In this document: one piece after another, positions 56,479 to 64,000 of the stretch | How positions within the stretch are numbered: position 1 is the stretch's first letter | How the letters are laid out: the number at the start of each line of letters is the position of its first letter | From: a virus | Taxonomy: Duplodnaviria > Caudoviricetes | Reading direction: 5' to 3' (one strand) | Length of the DNA: 64,000 nucleotides | IMG/VR virus record: IMGVR_UViG_3300022602_000026 | Made by a program: the position numbers and the translations under genes | The notes under the pieces: model-generated | What the model was told of the DNA's origin: nothing | Databases searched by the model: none | What the model saw: the letters and a program-made list of their open reading frames with translations, nothing else

Positions 56479-56718
56479 ATGAGCGATATATTTGAAAGTC
56501 CTGACAAAGGCCGAACCGTTTACCGACGCTTGCCCGGGACCAGTCAACGTGAGCTATATTCGGATATGACCAGCGATGGTGAATCACTTCACGAACAATT
56601 ACAGGAAGCTCAAATGTGGGGCGAGATTCGCAGAATGGCCAGGCGAGATGCGGGCTTGCAAGAACTGCTAGAACGTGCTATAGTATACTACAACTTAAAA
56701 AAAGATCATGGTAGATAA
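56479..56718 (+). CDS. Hypothetical protein
   Basis: 79 aa, FESPDKGRTVYRR. Confidence 0.75.
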   Translation: MSDIFESPDKGRTVYRRLPGTSQRELYSDMTSDGESLHEQLQEAQMWGEIRRMARRDAGLQELLERAIVYYNLKKDHGR

Positions 56719-57178
56719 ATTAAACATTGGTTACGAGATGGAACAGTTTGACGCAAAGAATCGTGATTTCTTTGACGACTTGACCGAAGAAGAACGAAAA
56801 AAGTTTAGCCCGTTCTTAATGATACGTTGGGGAAGTGTAGTCTCGGGCGACTACGACACACAGGCCTATTACTTGTTGAGTGTCAACGAGCGATTAAACA
56901 AACATTTCTTTGATATCAGCACCACTCAACATAAAAAGTTGCAGTGGTTGTTGGCCACAACAGTCAGTCCCGGCATTGGCCGGTTTAGGCATCAATGGTT
57001 AGCTGGACCCAAACGTGCCACTGGCAATAGCAAAGCCGAAAAGTTTTTTGCTGAAATATATCCCCATGCCAAAAGTGATGAAATTAAATTAATGGCACAG
57101 TTAAATGATAAAAAAGATATCAAAGAACTGGCACGTGCACACGGTTGGGACGATAAACGTATAAAAGAATTTGTATGA
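56708..57178 (+). CDS. Clamp-loader small subunit (T4 gp62-like)
   Basis: FSPFLMIRW, VNERLNKHF, HKKLQWLL, RHQWL; replication context. Confidence 0.65.
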   Translation: MVDKLNIGYEMEQFDAKNRDFFDDLTEEERKKFSPFLMIRWGSVVSGDYDTQAYYLLSVNERLNKHFFDISTTQHKKLQWLLATTVSPGIGRFRHQWLAGPKRATGNSKAEKFFAEIYPHAKSDEIKLMAQLNDKKDIKELARAHGWDDKRIKEFV

Positions 57179-57831
57179 AGTTATTGGTCAATGGCGACAG
57201 CTATTTGGCAAATAAAATCAATTACAACTTTGCCACACGATTAAATTGTTCTGAATTGGTTAATTTAGCCTTGCCTGGCAACAGCAATCGTGCTATAATT
57301 AGAACTACTGTTAACTATTTAGAATCTAATCCTGTTGAATTTGTACTAATAGGACTAACATTTTTAGATAGATTTGAGTTATCAGTTGATGGCAGCAACT
57401 GGATCAATTGTGGAGTACAAGGTGTTATCAATCAAACAAGTCTTGCCAATATCGATATTGAACAACTCAATCAACACATACGAGAAAGATACAAGTTTGA
57501 TTATCAATATCTAACCAGTGTAGAACAATTATTTTGTGATATCATTATGTTGTCGGGATACTTAACCAGCCGAAATATAAAGTTTTGTATTTTTAATTGG
57601 GTACATACATTTAAGGACTTTAATTTTCCATTAAAGCAAAGTGTAAACAACATTAAAAATATTGTGTCCTTGGACGAGTTTTCCGCAAATCAATTTTTAC
57701 ACGATAATGGAGTTGCACCAGTGGCTCCAGATAAAGATTTGCCGGCGGTTATACGTCATCATCAACATGAATATTACTACTTACTAGAAAATTACTTGTA
57801 CGATTATTGTGTCCGAAACCAACTTATATAA
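57175..57831 (+). CDS. SGNH-like hydrolase
   Basis: LVNGDSY, NLALPGNSN, LIGLTF, terminal HH. Confidence 0.7.
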   Translation: MKLLVNGDSYLANKINYNFATRLNCSELVNLALPGNSNRAIIRTTVNYLESNPVEFVLIGLTFLDRFELSVDGSNWINCGVQGVINQTSLANIDIEQLNQHIRERYKFDYQYLTSVEQLFCDIIMLSGYLTSRNIKFCIFNWVHTFKDFNFPLKQSVNNIKNIVSLDEFSANQFLHDNGVAPVAPDKDLPAVIRHHQHEYYYLLENYLYDYCVRNQLI

Positions 57832-58504
57832 TTGCCGTTACTGTGAAAAGCCTTTTAGAAAAGAAACGACCCTATTGGCGCACCTCTGCGAGGCCAAGCG
57901 TCGCTATATGCAACGAGATGAAACAGGTGTACAATGGGGCCTTAAAGCGTATCTTAGATTCTATGAATACACACAGGGCAGTGCAAAACTCAAGTCTTAC
58001 GAGGATTTTGCTAAGAGCCCTTATTATAATGCCTTTGTTAAATTTGGCAGGCATTGTGTCAATATACGTTGCATTCATTTTGTTAGTTTTACGGATTTTT
58101 TATTAAAGAATAATAAGAAGTTAGATAATTGGTGTAGTGATCGGCTATATACTGAGTGGCTTCCCGAATACCTAAAACGCGAAGCCACACAGGATGCACT
58201 AGAACGTGCCTTGAAGGAAATGTCAGAATATGCAGAAACACACCCAGAACTTAAAAATGGCTTTAGCGATTACTTTAGATACGGTAATGCAAATCGTATT
58301 GTTTACCATATTAGTACTGGGCGGATCAGTCCTTGGGTTGTATTTAATTGCAACAGTGGCATTGAATTTCTTGAAGGACTCAATGCGGATCAAGCCGCGA
58401 TTGTGATGCCCTGGATCGATCCGGACTTTTGGCAAAAGAAGTTTCGCGACTACCTAGCCGACACCGAATGGGTCAAAGACATATTGAGCAAAGCCGGACT
58501 ATGA
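57809..58504 (+). CDS. Conserved hypothetical protein with C2HC zinc finger
   Basis: CRYCEKPF...LAHLC. Confidence 0.75.
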   Translation: MSETNLYNCRYCEKPFRKETTLLAHLCEAKRRYMQRDETGVQWGLKAYLRFYEYTQGSAKLKSYEDFAKSPYYNAFVKFGRHCVNIRCIHFVSFTDFLLKNNKKLDNWCSDRLYTEWLPEYLKREATQDALERALKEMSEYAETHPELKNGFSDYFRYGNANRIVYHISTGRISPWVVFNCNSGIEFLEGLNADQAAIVMPWIDPDFWQKKFRDYLADTEWVKDILSKAGL

Positions 58505-59091
58505 AATTTAAAAGCGATATTGATATTGATTTTGGCGATAGAGAAAGTGCATTAAAGTTACTGAAGCATAATCCTGCGGGCATTGTTCGAGATGGTAAAC
58601 TGGTCAAGCACAATACCGGTGTTTATGTAACCGATATTCCCACAGATCCCTTTACCGGTATTGCAACTCTAGATCACAAAGTTGCAGAAGAGTTTGGGTA
58701 TAACAAACTAGATTTTTTAAATGTATCTTTATATACACAGATAAAGAACGAAGAACATTTGGTAGCATTGATGCAACAAGAACCCATATGGGATTTGTTA
58801 CAAGATCCAGACTTTTGCAGCTTGCTGATACACATTGGCGCACATCATGATTTACTATTAAAATGTCCAGAACCGGTTAACAGTATTCCTCGTATGGCTA
58901 TGTTTTTGGCCTTGATACGTCCGGGCAAGCGACATTTGGTGGGACGCTCTTGGCGCGAAATTGCAGAAACTGTGTGGGATACCACCGAAGAAGGCTACAG
59001 TTTCAAGAAAGCACACGGGGTAGCTTACGCACATCTTGTGGCAGTACACATGAACCTGATCTGCGAGCAAATCAGTTCGGGATACAATTAA
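58501..59091 (+). CDS. Stand-alone DNA polymerase III alpha (DnaE) catalytic-core fragment
   Basis: SDIDIDF, KHNTGVYV, KLDFLN, ALIRPG, FKKAHGVAY. Confidence 0.8.
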   Translation: MKFKSDIDIDFGDRESALKLLKHNPAGIVRDGKLVKHNTGVYVTDIPTDPFTGIATLDHKVAEEFGYNKLDFLNVSLYTQIKNEEHLVALMQQEPIWDLLQDPDFCSLLIHIGAHHDLLLKCPEPVNSIPRMAMFLALIRPGKRHLVGRSWREIAETVWDTTEEGYSFKKAHGVAYAHLVAVHMNLICEQISSGYN

Positions 59092-59459
59092 CTGACTTTT
59101 CTTACCAGGGTTATTGAACGACGTTTGCTACGTTTCATGGCCATTTCTTTAAGGCTAACTTGAGGGCCTACCTTAATCTCAACGTCTTTTGAGTTCATTG
59201 TTTTAACACAAAACTTGAAGTCAGCCCATTCTTTTTTCAAAAATACATTGATGGGTATGATTCTATTGCTTTCCCACCACCAAACATCACCCAGTTGCAA
59301 GAACAATATCTTTTGTTCGGGAGTACGCAGGACAGCATAATCGTATATGGTGGTTATTTGCTCGTCGGCGTTTTGTATGATCCCGATGTATTCGTTACCA
59401 CCGTAGGTAAGAAGTGTCAGGTACGGATACTGTTCTAGTAGTTGTTTGATTTCTTGCAC
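59088..59459 (-). CDS. Conserved hypothetical protein (start uncertain)
   Basis: YPYLTLLTYGGNEYIGII...KRRSITLVRK; probable GTG start. Confidence 0.7.
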   Translation of the reverse strand: MQEIKQLLEQYPYLTLLTYGGNEYIGIIQNADEQITTIYDYAVLRTPEQKILFLQLGDVWWWESNRIIPINVFLKKEWADFKFCVKTMNSKDVEIKVGPQVSLKEMAMKRSKRRSITLVRKVS

Positions 59460-59490
59460 AATTCTCGCTAAATATGTTAAAGACAATAAA

Positions 59491-59988
59491 ATGATCACTG
59501 TCAAAGCGTATTTATATCCAAATTGTGCCGAGGTTCAAGTTTTTGACCCCACGATCTTCACTACAAGGAATCGAGTTGTGTATAGCCGTCCCATTAAAGT
59601 CTATCAAGGCATAGACAATCCCATACAAGTTATAGTTAAAAATCAGGATCAAAAGCCTGTGGATCTAACCGGCAGTAGTGTGACCGCAAGTATACAAGAT
59701 CCCACAAATCAAGTCACAGTAAAGAGTTATGTTGTTACTTGGGCCAACATACAATTGGGACAGGGCACATTTACTTTTGATGCCAATACCATAAACAGTT
59801 TGGAAAATCGTTTTTACAAATTGGCTTTTAGCACCACAGTTACCAGTACTGATACCACAAGTCCTGTTTACATCGATGACAACTACGGAGTGCCTTTAGA
59901 TTTAGAAGTGTTGCCTGCTTATTACGGAACTAGCTACACCCCACCAAGTTCGGGTACTACTTACTCATTAGACGGTGGAACACTGTAA
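59491..59988 (+). CDS. Ig-like baseplate/tail adaptor (BppU-like)
   Basis: IKVYQGIDNPIQVIVKNQDQKPVDLTG, ends LDGGTL; precedes fibre. Confidence 0.6.
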   Translation: MITVKAYLYPNCAEVQVFDPTIFTTRNRVVYSRPIKVYQGIDNPIQVIVKNQDQKPVDLTGSSVTASIQDPTNQVTVKSYVVTWANIQLGQGTFTFDANTINSLENRFYKLAFSTTVTSTDTTSPVYIDDNYGVPLDLEVLPAYYGTSYTPPSSGTTYSLDGGTL

Positions 59989-62900
59989 ATGAGCAATTTA
60001 ATCAACATATCAACAATCCTGATCAAGCGTGGCAATACTGCCTCGGCTTCGGCCTACGTGGGCCCACTGGGCGAACTATTGGTAGATACCGGACTACAAA
60101 CTCTACGCTTACAAGACGGATCAACTCCGGGTGGTATGAGCACTTTGGTTAACTCGCAACAACTATCAAACGTTATTGTTGCTATTGAAGGTATTCAAAG
60201 CAATACAGCCAATATTAGTGCATTAGTTGCAAACATACACGGAGCAAATATCAGCGGACTTACCAGCAATGTCGCTGCACTACAACATCAACTCAGTGCC
60301 AATGGCACTGCTACAATTGGCGGGCTAACAGTCGGTAATATTCGTTTTGAAAGCAATAGTTATATTTGGAGCGTTGAAGATAGCCAGATACAATTCAGTG
60401 CCAATGGATATAATGACCAGACTGGAATTTTCCTAAACAATCAAAACCTTGCAGTATTGTATGCTAATACTGAATTACAATTGGTCGCCGGATCAACTAG
60501 CAGCGGGGAAACTTGGGTCTTTGACCAGTACGGTAATTTGACTTTACCGGGTAATGTTATATTTGCTGACAATACAATTCAAAGTACTGCTTACCAAGGA
60601 CCTGCAGGACAAACCAGTTTTGCTACAGTGGCCAATGTAACTACTGCCAATATAGCACTAAAAAGTTATGTAGACAGTAAGATTGCTACATTAGCAAATG
60701 CTCCGGCAATACTAGATACCCTGGGACAAATTGCCACTGCTATACAAAATGACGAAGGCAATATTAGCACCATTCTAACCAATATTACTGCTACTAATGC
60801 CAATGTAGCAGCCGCTAACGTAGCATGGCAAGCAAATGCAGTTGCTCAACAAGGACTAATAAAAACATTACAGGGTCAAGTATATGCCAACGCCAACGCC
60901 AGTGCATATCTAACAACATACCTACCTACGTACACTGGTAATATAACTGCTGGTAATTTAGTCGTTAGTGGTAATATTAATTATGTTGGCAATGTAAACA
61001 GTATTACTATTGCTACTGGTACATTCCAAGGTAACGCTGCTGGCTTTGGTGCACTCTATGCAGGTATTTTAAGTGGGTACACTTATCAAGCACAAACAGT
61101 ATTACAAAACTCAACAAACTTTAATGGTTACGCACAGGTAAATCACCAAAATATCAACAGTGGTTCTAGTGCAAGCACAGACTATGTTGCAACTGCCGAT
61201 ACTGGAACTGCTGGCGCTGGCTATATTGACATGGGTATTAACAGTTCGGGATTTGTTAACGGAACTGGCAACGAATTAAACTATCCCCTAGATGGATACT
61301 TGTATGCACAGGGCACAAGCGGCACAAATGGTAACTTGATTTTAGGTACCGGTGGCACTGCTGATATTGTGTTCACAACCGGTGGATTCAGTACAACCAA
61401 CAACTACCAAGGTAGATTTAAAAACAATGTTGGTTTGATTTTAGCTCAAACAACTCAGAGCACCGGCACTACAAGTGGTGCACTACAAGTTGCTGGTGGT
61501 GTTGGCATTGTAGGTAATACTTACATCGGTGGAAATTTGATCGTAAATGGATCAAATGTAATCGCATCAATCAACAGTATTAACGCAAATGTTACTGCCG
61601 CTAATTTAAATATTACCAATTTACAAAGCAACATTGGCGGTTTTTACACTTATGCCAACTTGACTTATGGTACGAGTAGTTATGCCAATGCCAACGTAGC
61701 AGGATATCTAGCAGGTAATGTAACAATTGGCAACGTTACTTCTACTTATTTTATTGGCAATGGTAGTAAATTAACCAATGTCACTGCTCAATATTTGGGC
61801 GCATCGCAGGTTACTGGTGGATACAACAGCGGACTCAACGCTGGGTATATTACTTTGGCCGCTGCCGGTTTAATACAGTCGGCCAGTTATGCGCTAACTT
61901 TGGCCACAAGCAGTAGCTATCCTGGATCAAACAATATCAACATTAGCCCAGGCACAGGCGGAAATGTTGTATTGCAAGGTAACATTGTAGCTGCAGGCAA
62001 TATTTTCTATGGTAGCAGTTTTAATGCTACGGCTAATGTTACATCACCAAACTTCTTATATCCAAACGGTGTTAGTATTTTAACTGGCATCAGCGGAACA
62101 TACAGTAATACTCAAGTTGCTGCATATTTGTTAAGTAACATCAGCACCAACAATGTTGGGATCACCAGTGGTAGTTGGGTTGATTTTAGAGGCTCTGACA
62201 CTAACTGGAGAATGGGTTACGGTGTTAATGCTTACTCTAAAACCACTGCGATAACAAGTTTAGATGTTGTAGTTGGGTCGGGATCAGCTGGCCCAGATGG
62301 ATTCACAGTTGGACAAACTGGAGGTGCAAGTATATTTGAATTAGTCGGATATACTCGAAACGCTTGGTTTGCAAACAACATTACCGCAGTCGGTAATGTG
62401 ACATCTGGTAACGTGTTAGCAACAGGATTCTTCTACGCAAACGGAACACCATTTACCAGTAGCAGTTATGGCAATACACAGGTTGCTGCTTATTTGGTCG
62501 CCAATCCACAAGCAGGTACGTATAGCAATACCAATGTAGCTGCATATTTAACAACACAAACATTCTACAGTAACAGCAATGTGGCAGCATACCTTGTTGC
62601 AAATCCACAAAGTGGAACATACTCAAATACTAATGTATCCGCATACTTAACCTCGGCTACAATTAATACAACTGGCAATATCACTGCCGGTAACTTGACT
62701 ACTAGTGGAACATACACAGTTGCTAATATTACTACAACTGGTGCGTATGGTAACATTACTGGTGCAAACGTAATATCTGCAAATAGTTTACAAGTTAGTA
62801 ATGGTATATTCTGGGCCAATGGTGTTGCTTGGAGTTCGACTAGTGGCGGAACAACTTATAGTAATGCCAATGTGGTTGCTAACTTAGCTAACTTTGTAAC

Positions 62901-64000
62901 AAACATTAGCACAACTGCCAATATTACAACAACAGCAAATATAATATCACCAAACTATTTGTTTGCGAATGGTGTCAATATTTTATCAACTGTAACCGGC
63001 GGTAGTGGGACTTACAGTAATACAAACGTAGCAGCGTATCTAACTGCTAACCCAATCTCAAGCATTGCAAATGGTGGTAGTAGTGTTACTATTGCTTCTA
63101 GTGGTGGCAATGCAGTAGTACAAATTGGTGGGGTGTCAACTGCCACATTTAGTCAAAGCCAACTTAATGTTATTGGTAATGTCGTTGCTAGTGCTAATAT
63201 TCAGGGTACTAATATTATCGCTACTCATTATGGTAATAGCATTGGTACTACTGCCTCATACAGTGGTAATGTATCGGCCAATTACTTTGTTGGTAATGGT
63301 GTTGCATTGACCGGACTAACCTACAACAACATAGGTAACATCTACGGATCAAGTAGTAACGTAACCTTACAAGCCGGATCTTATAGTTGGACATTTGATA
63401 ACACTGGTAACTTGACGATTCCAACAACCGGCAACATTGTTTATGCCAATGGTGCAGTATTCACAAGTGGCTCTGGTGGTGGCGGAACATATAGCAATAC
63501 CAACGTGGTATCAATGTTGGCCGCAAATAGCGCAGTCTTTATTGGTAACACAGGTAACGTTGCTACAGTGTACCCGATACAAAGTAACATTACACAATTA
63601 TTCATTGGTGGAAATACTGCAATTACATCAGGTAACGCTGCTTCACCGAACTCAACGTTCTTGATGTATAACGGATACTTTGCGGCCAATGGTGCAATCG
63701 TGGCACGCAATACAACTACCGGCTTGGGTTATATGGTAATAGACTCAACTGGTATTGCATTTAATGGATACACTGGTGCAGTTACTGCGAACACAGTACC
63801 AACGTTCAACCAGTTCTTGAAGATGAACGGCAGTATTGGCGCTCAGTTCAGTGGTGCCGTAACGGCGGTTGGGTTAACATCAACCAGTACAGTGGCAGTT
63901 AACGCTGCTACAGGTATTACAACCAGCCAAACGTCTATTCCAATTGTTAATACCACCGCAACATCAGTTCAGTTTGCTGGTGCTGCAACTACTACAACAA
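59989..64000 (+). CDS. Long tail-fibre/adhesin, open to window end (absent from ORF track)
   Basis: Frame open wherever I translated it (about the first 1.3 kb, plus spot checks at 62.5 and 64 kb); Mtd_N-like start IKRGNT...GELLVDT...DGSTPGG; repeated YSNxNVAAYL. Confidence 0.88.
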   Translation, partial: MSNLINISTILIKRGNTASASAYVGPLGELLVDTGLQTLRLQDGSTPGGMSTLVNSQQLSNVIVAIEGIQSNTANISALVANIHGANISGLTSNVAALQHQLSANGTATIGGLTVGNIRFESNSYIWSVEDSQIQFSANGYNDQTGIFLNNQNLAVLYANTELQLVAGSTSSGETWVFDQYGNLTLPGNVIFADNTIQSTAYQGPAGQTSFATVANVTTANIALKSYVDSKIATLANAPAILDTLGQIATAIQNDEGNISTILTNITATNANVAAANVAWQANAVAQQGLIKTLQGQVYANANASAYLTTYLPTYTGNITAGNLVVSGNINYVGNVNSITIATGTFQGNAAGFGALYAGILSGYTYQAQTVLQNSTNFNGYAQVNHQNINSGSSASTDYVATADTGTAGAGYIDMGINSSGFVNGTGNELNYPLDGYLYAQGTSGTNGNLILGTGGTADIVFTTGGFSTTNNYQGRFKNNVGLILAQTTQSTGTTSGALQVAGGVGIVGNTYIGGNLIVNGSNVIASINSINANVTAANLNITNLQSNIGGFYTYANLTYGTSSYANANVAGYLAGNVTIGNVTSTYFIGNGSKLTNVTAQYLGASQVTGGYNSGLNAGYITLAAAGLIQSASYALTLATSSSYPGSNNINISPGTGGNVVLQGNIVAAGNIFYGSSFNATANVTSPNFLYPNGVSILTGISGTYSNTQVAAYLLSNISTNNVGITSGSWVDFRGSDTNWRMGYGVNAYSKTTAITSLDVVVGSGSAGPDGFTVGQTGGASIFELVGYTRNAWFANNITAVGNVTSGNVLATGFFYANGTPFTSSSYGNTQVAAYLVANPQAGTYSNTNVAAYLTTQTFYSNSNVAAYLVANPQSGTYSNTNVSAYLTSATINTTGNITAGNLTTSGTYTVANITTTGAYGNITGANVISANSLQVSNGIFWANGVAWSSTSGGTTYSNANVVANLANFVTNISTTANITTTANIISPNYLFANGVNILSTVTGGSGTYSNTNVAAYLTANPISSIANGGSSVTIASSGGNAVVQIGGVSTATFSQSQLNVIGNVVASANIQGTNIIATHYGNSIGTTASYSGNVSANYFVGNGVALTGLTYNNIGNIYGSSSNVTLQAGSYSWTFDNTGNLTIPTTGNIVYANGAVFTSGSGGGGTYSNTNVVSMLAANSAVFIGNTGNVATVYPIQSNITQLFIGGNTAITSGNAASPNSTFLMYNGYFAANGAIVARNTTTGLGYMVIDSTGIAFNGYTGAVTANTVPTFNQFLKMNGSIGAQFSGAVTAVGLTSTSTVAVNAATGITTSQTSIPIVNTTATSVQFAGAATTTT

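Noticed and set aside
18534-59091. Convergent gene pairs sharing TTAA stops or abutting (18534, 37605, 59088)
   Set aside because: Expected in compact AT-rich phage genomes
730-63710. Numerous short opposite-strand ORFs inside long genes
   Set aside because: No RBS or promoter and no recognisable motifs; shadows of the coding strand
1-64000. Stop-codon reassignment
   Set aside because: Genes are intact in code 11, TAG and TGA end real ORFs, and no CTA or TCA suppressor tRNA was found
59989-64000. Diversity-generating retroelement target, and N-glycosylation sequon enrichment
   Set aside because: Only an Mtd_N-like start is present, with no reverse transcriptase or TR/VR pair in the window; the many NxS/T sites are roughly what the N/S/T-rich composition predicts

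Overview
AT-rich segment of a large lytic T4-like (jumbo/huge-phage type) dsDNA phage, read in standard code 11. No integrase, cas gene or reverse transcriptase was seen. The host is probably a Betaproteobacterium; this is inferred from the Bug/TctC, AhpC-AhpD and RpoZ types. Layout: head/packaging genes with terL (1-8.4 kb); gp32, UvsX, UvsY and accessory enzymes (8.5-17 kb); ahpC-ahpD; a tRNA cluster (20.2-33 kb, 30 tRNA or tRNA-like genes covering all 20 amino acids, CCA encoded) interleaved with HNH nucleases, radical SAM genes and many non-tRNA structured RNAs; a glycan synthesis/modification block (34-45 kb); an early hypervariable region of small genes behind repeated promoter cassettes (45-53 kb); UvsW, clamp loader and a DnaE fragment; and a long tail-fibre gene running off the window end. 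Two observations stand out. (1) A translation-coupled attenuator at 19.5-19.7 kb (44-codon leader, perfect 14-bp antiterminator, mutually exclusive terminator) sits at the head of the tRNA/ncRNA cluster. (2) A four-unit array of conserved inverted-repeat stems at 22.25-22.87 kb alternates with CCA-terminated non-tRNA modules and belongs to a family of stem-closed ncRNAs spread through the cluster. Product calls come from motif recognition only; no database search or folding program was run.
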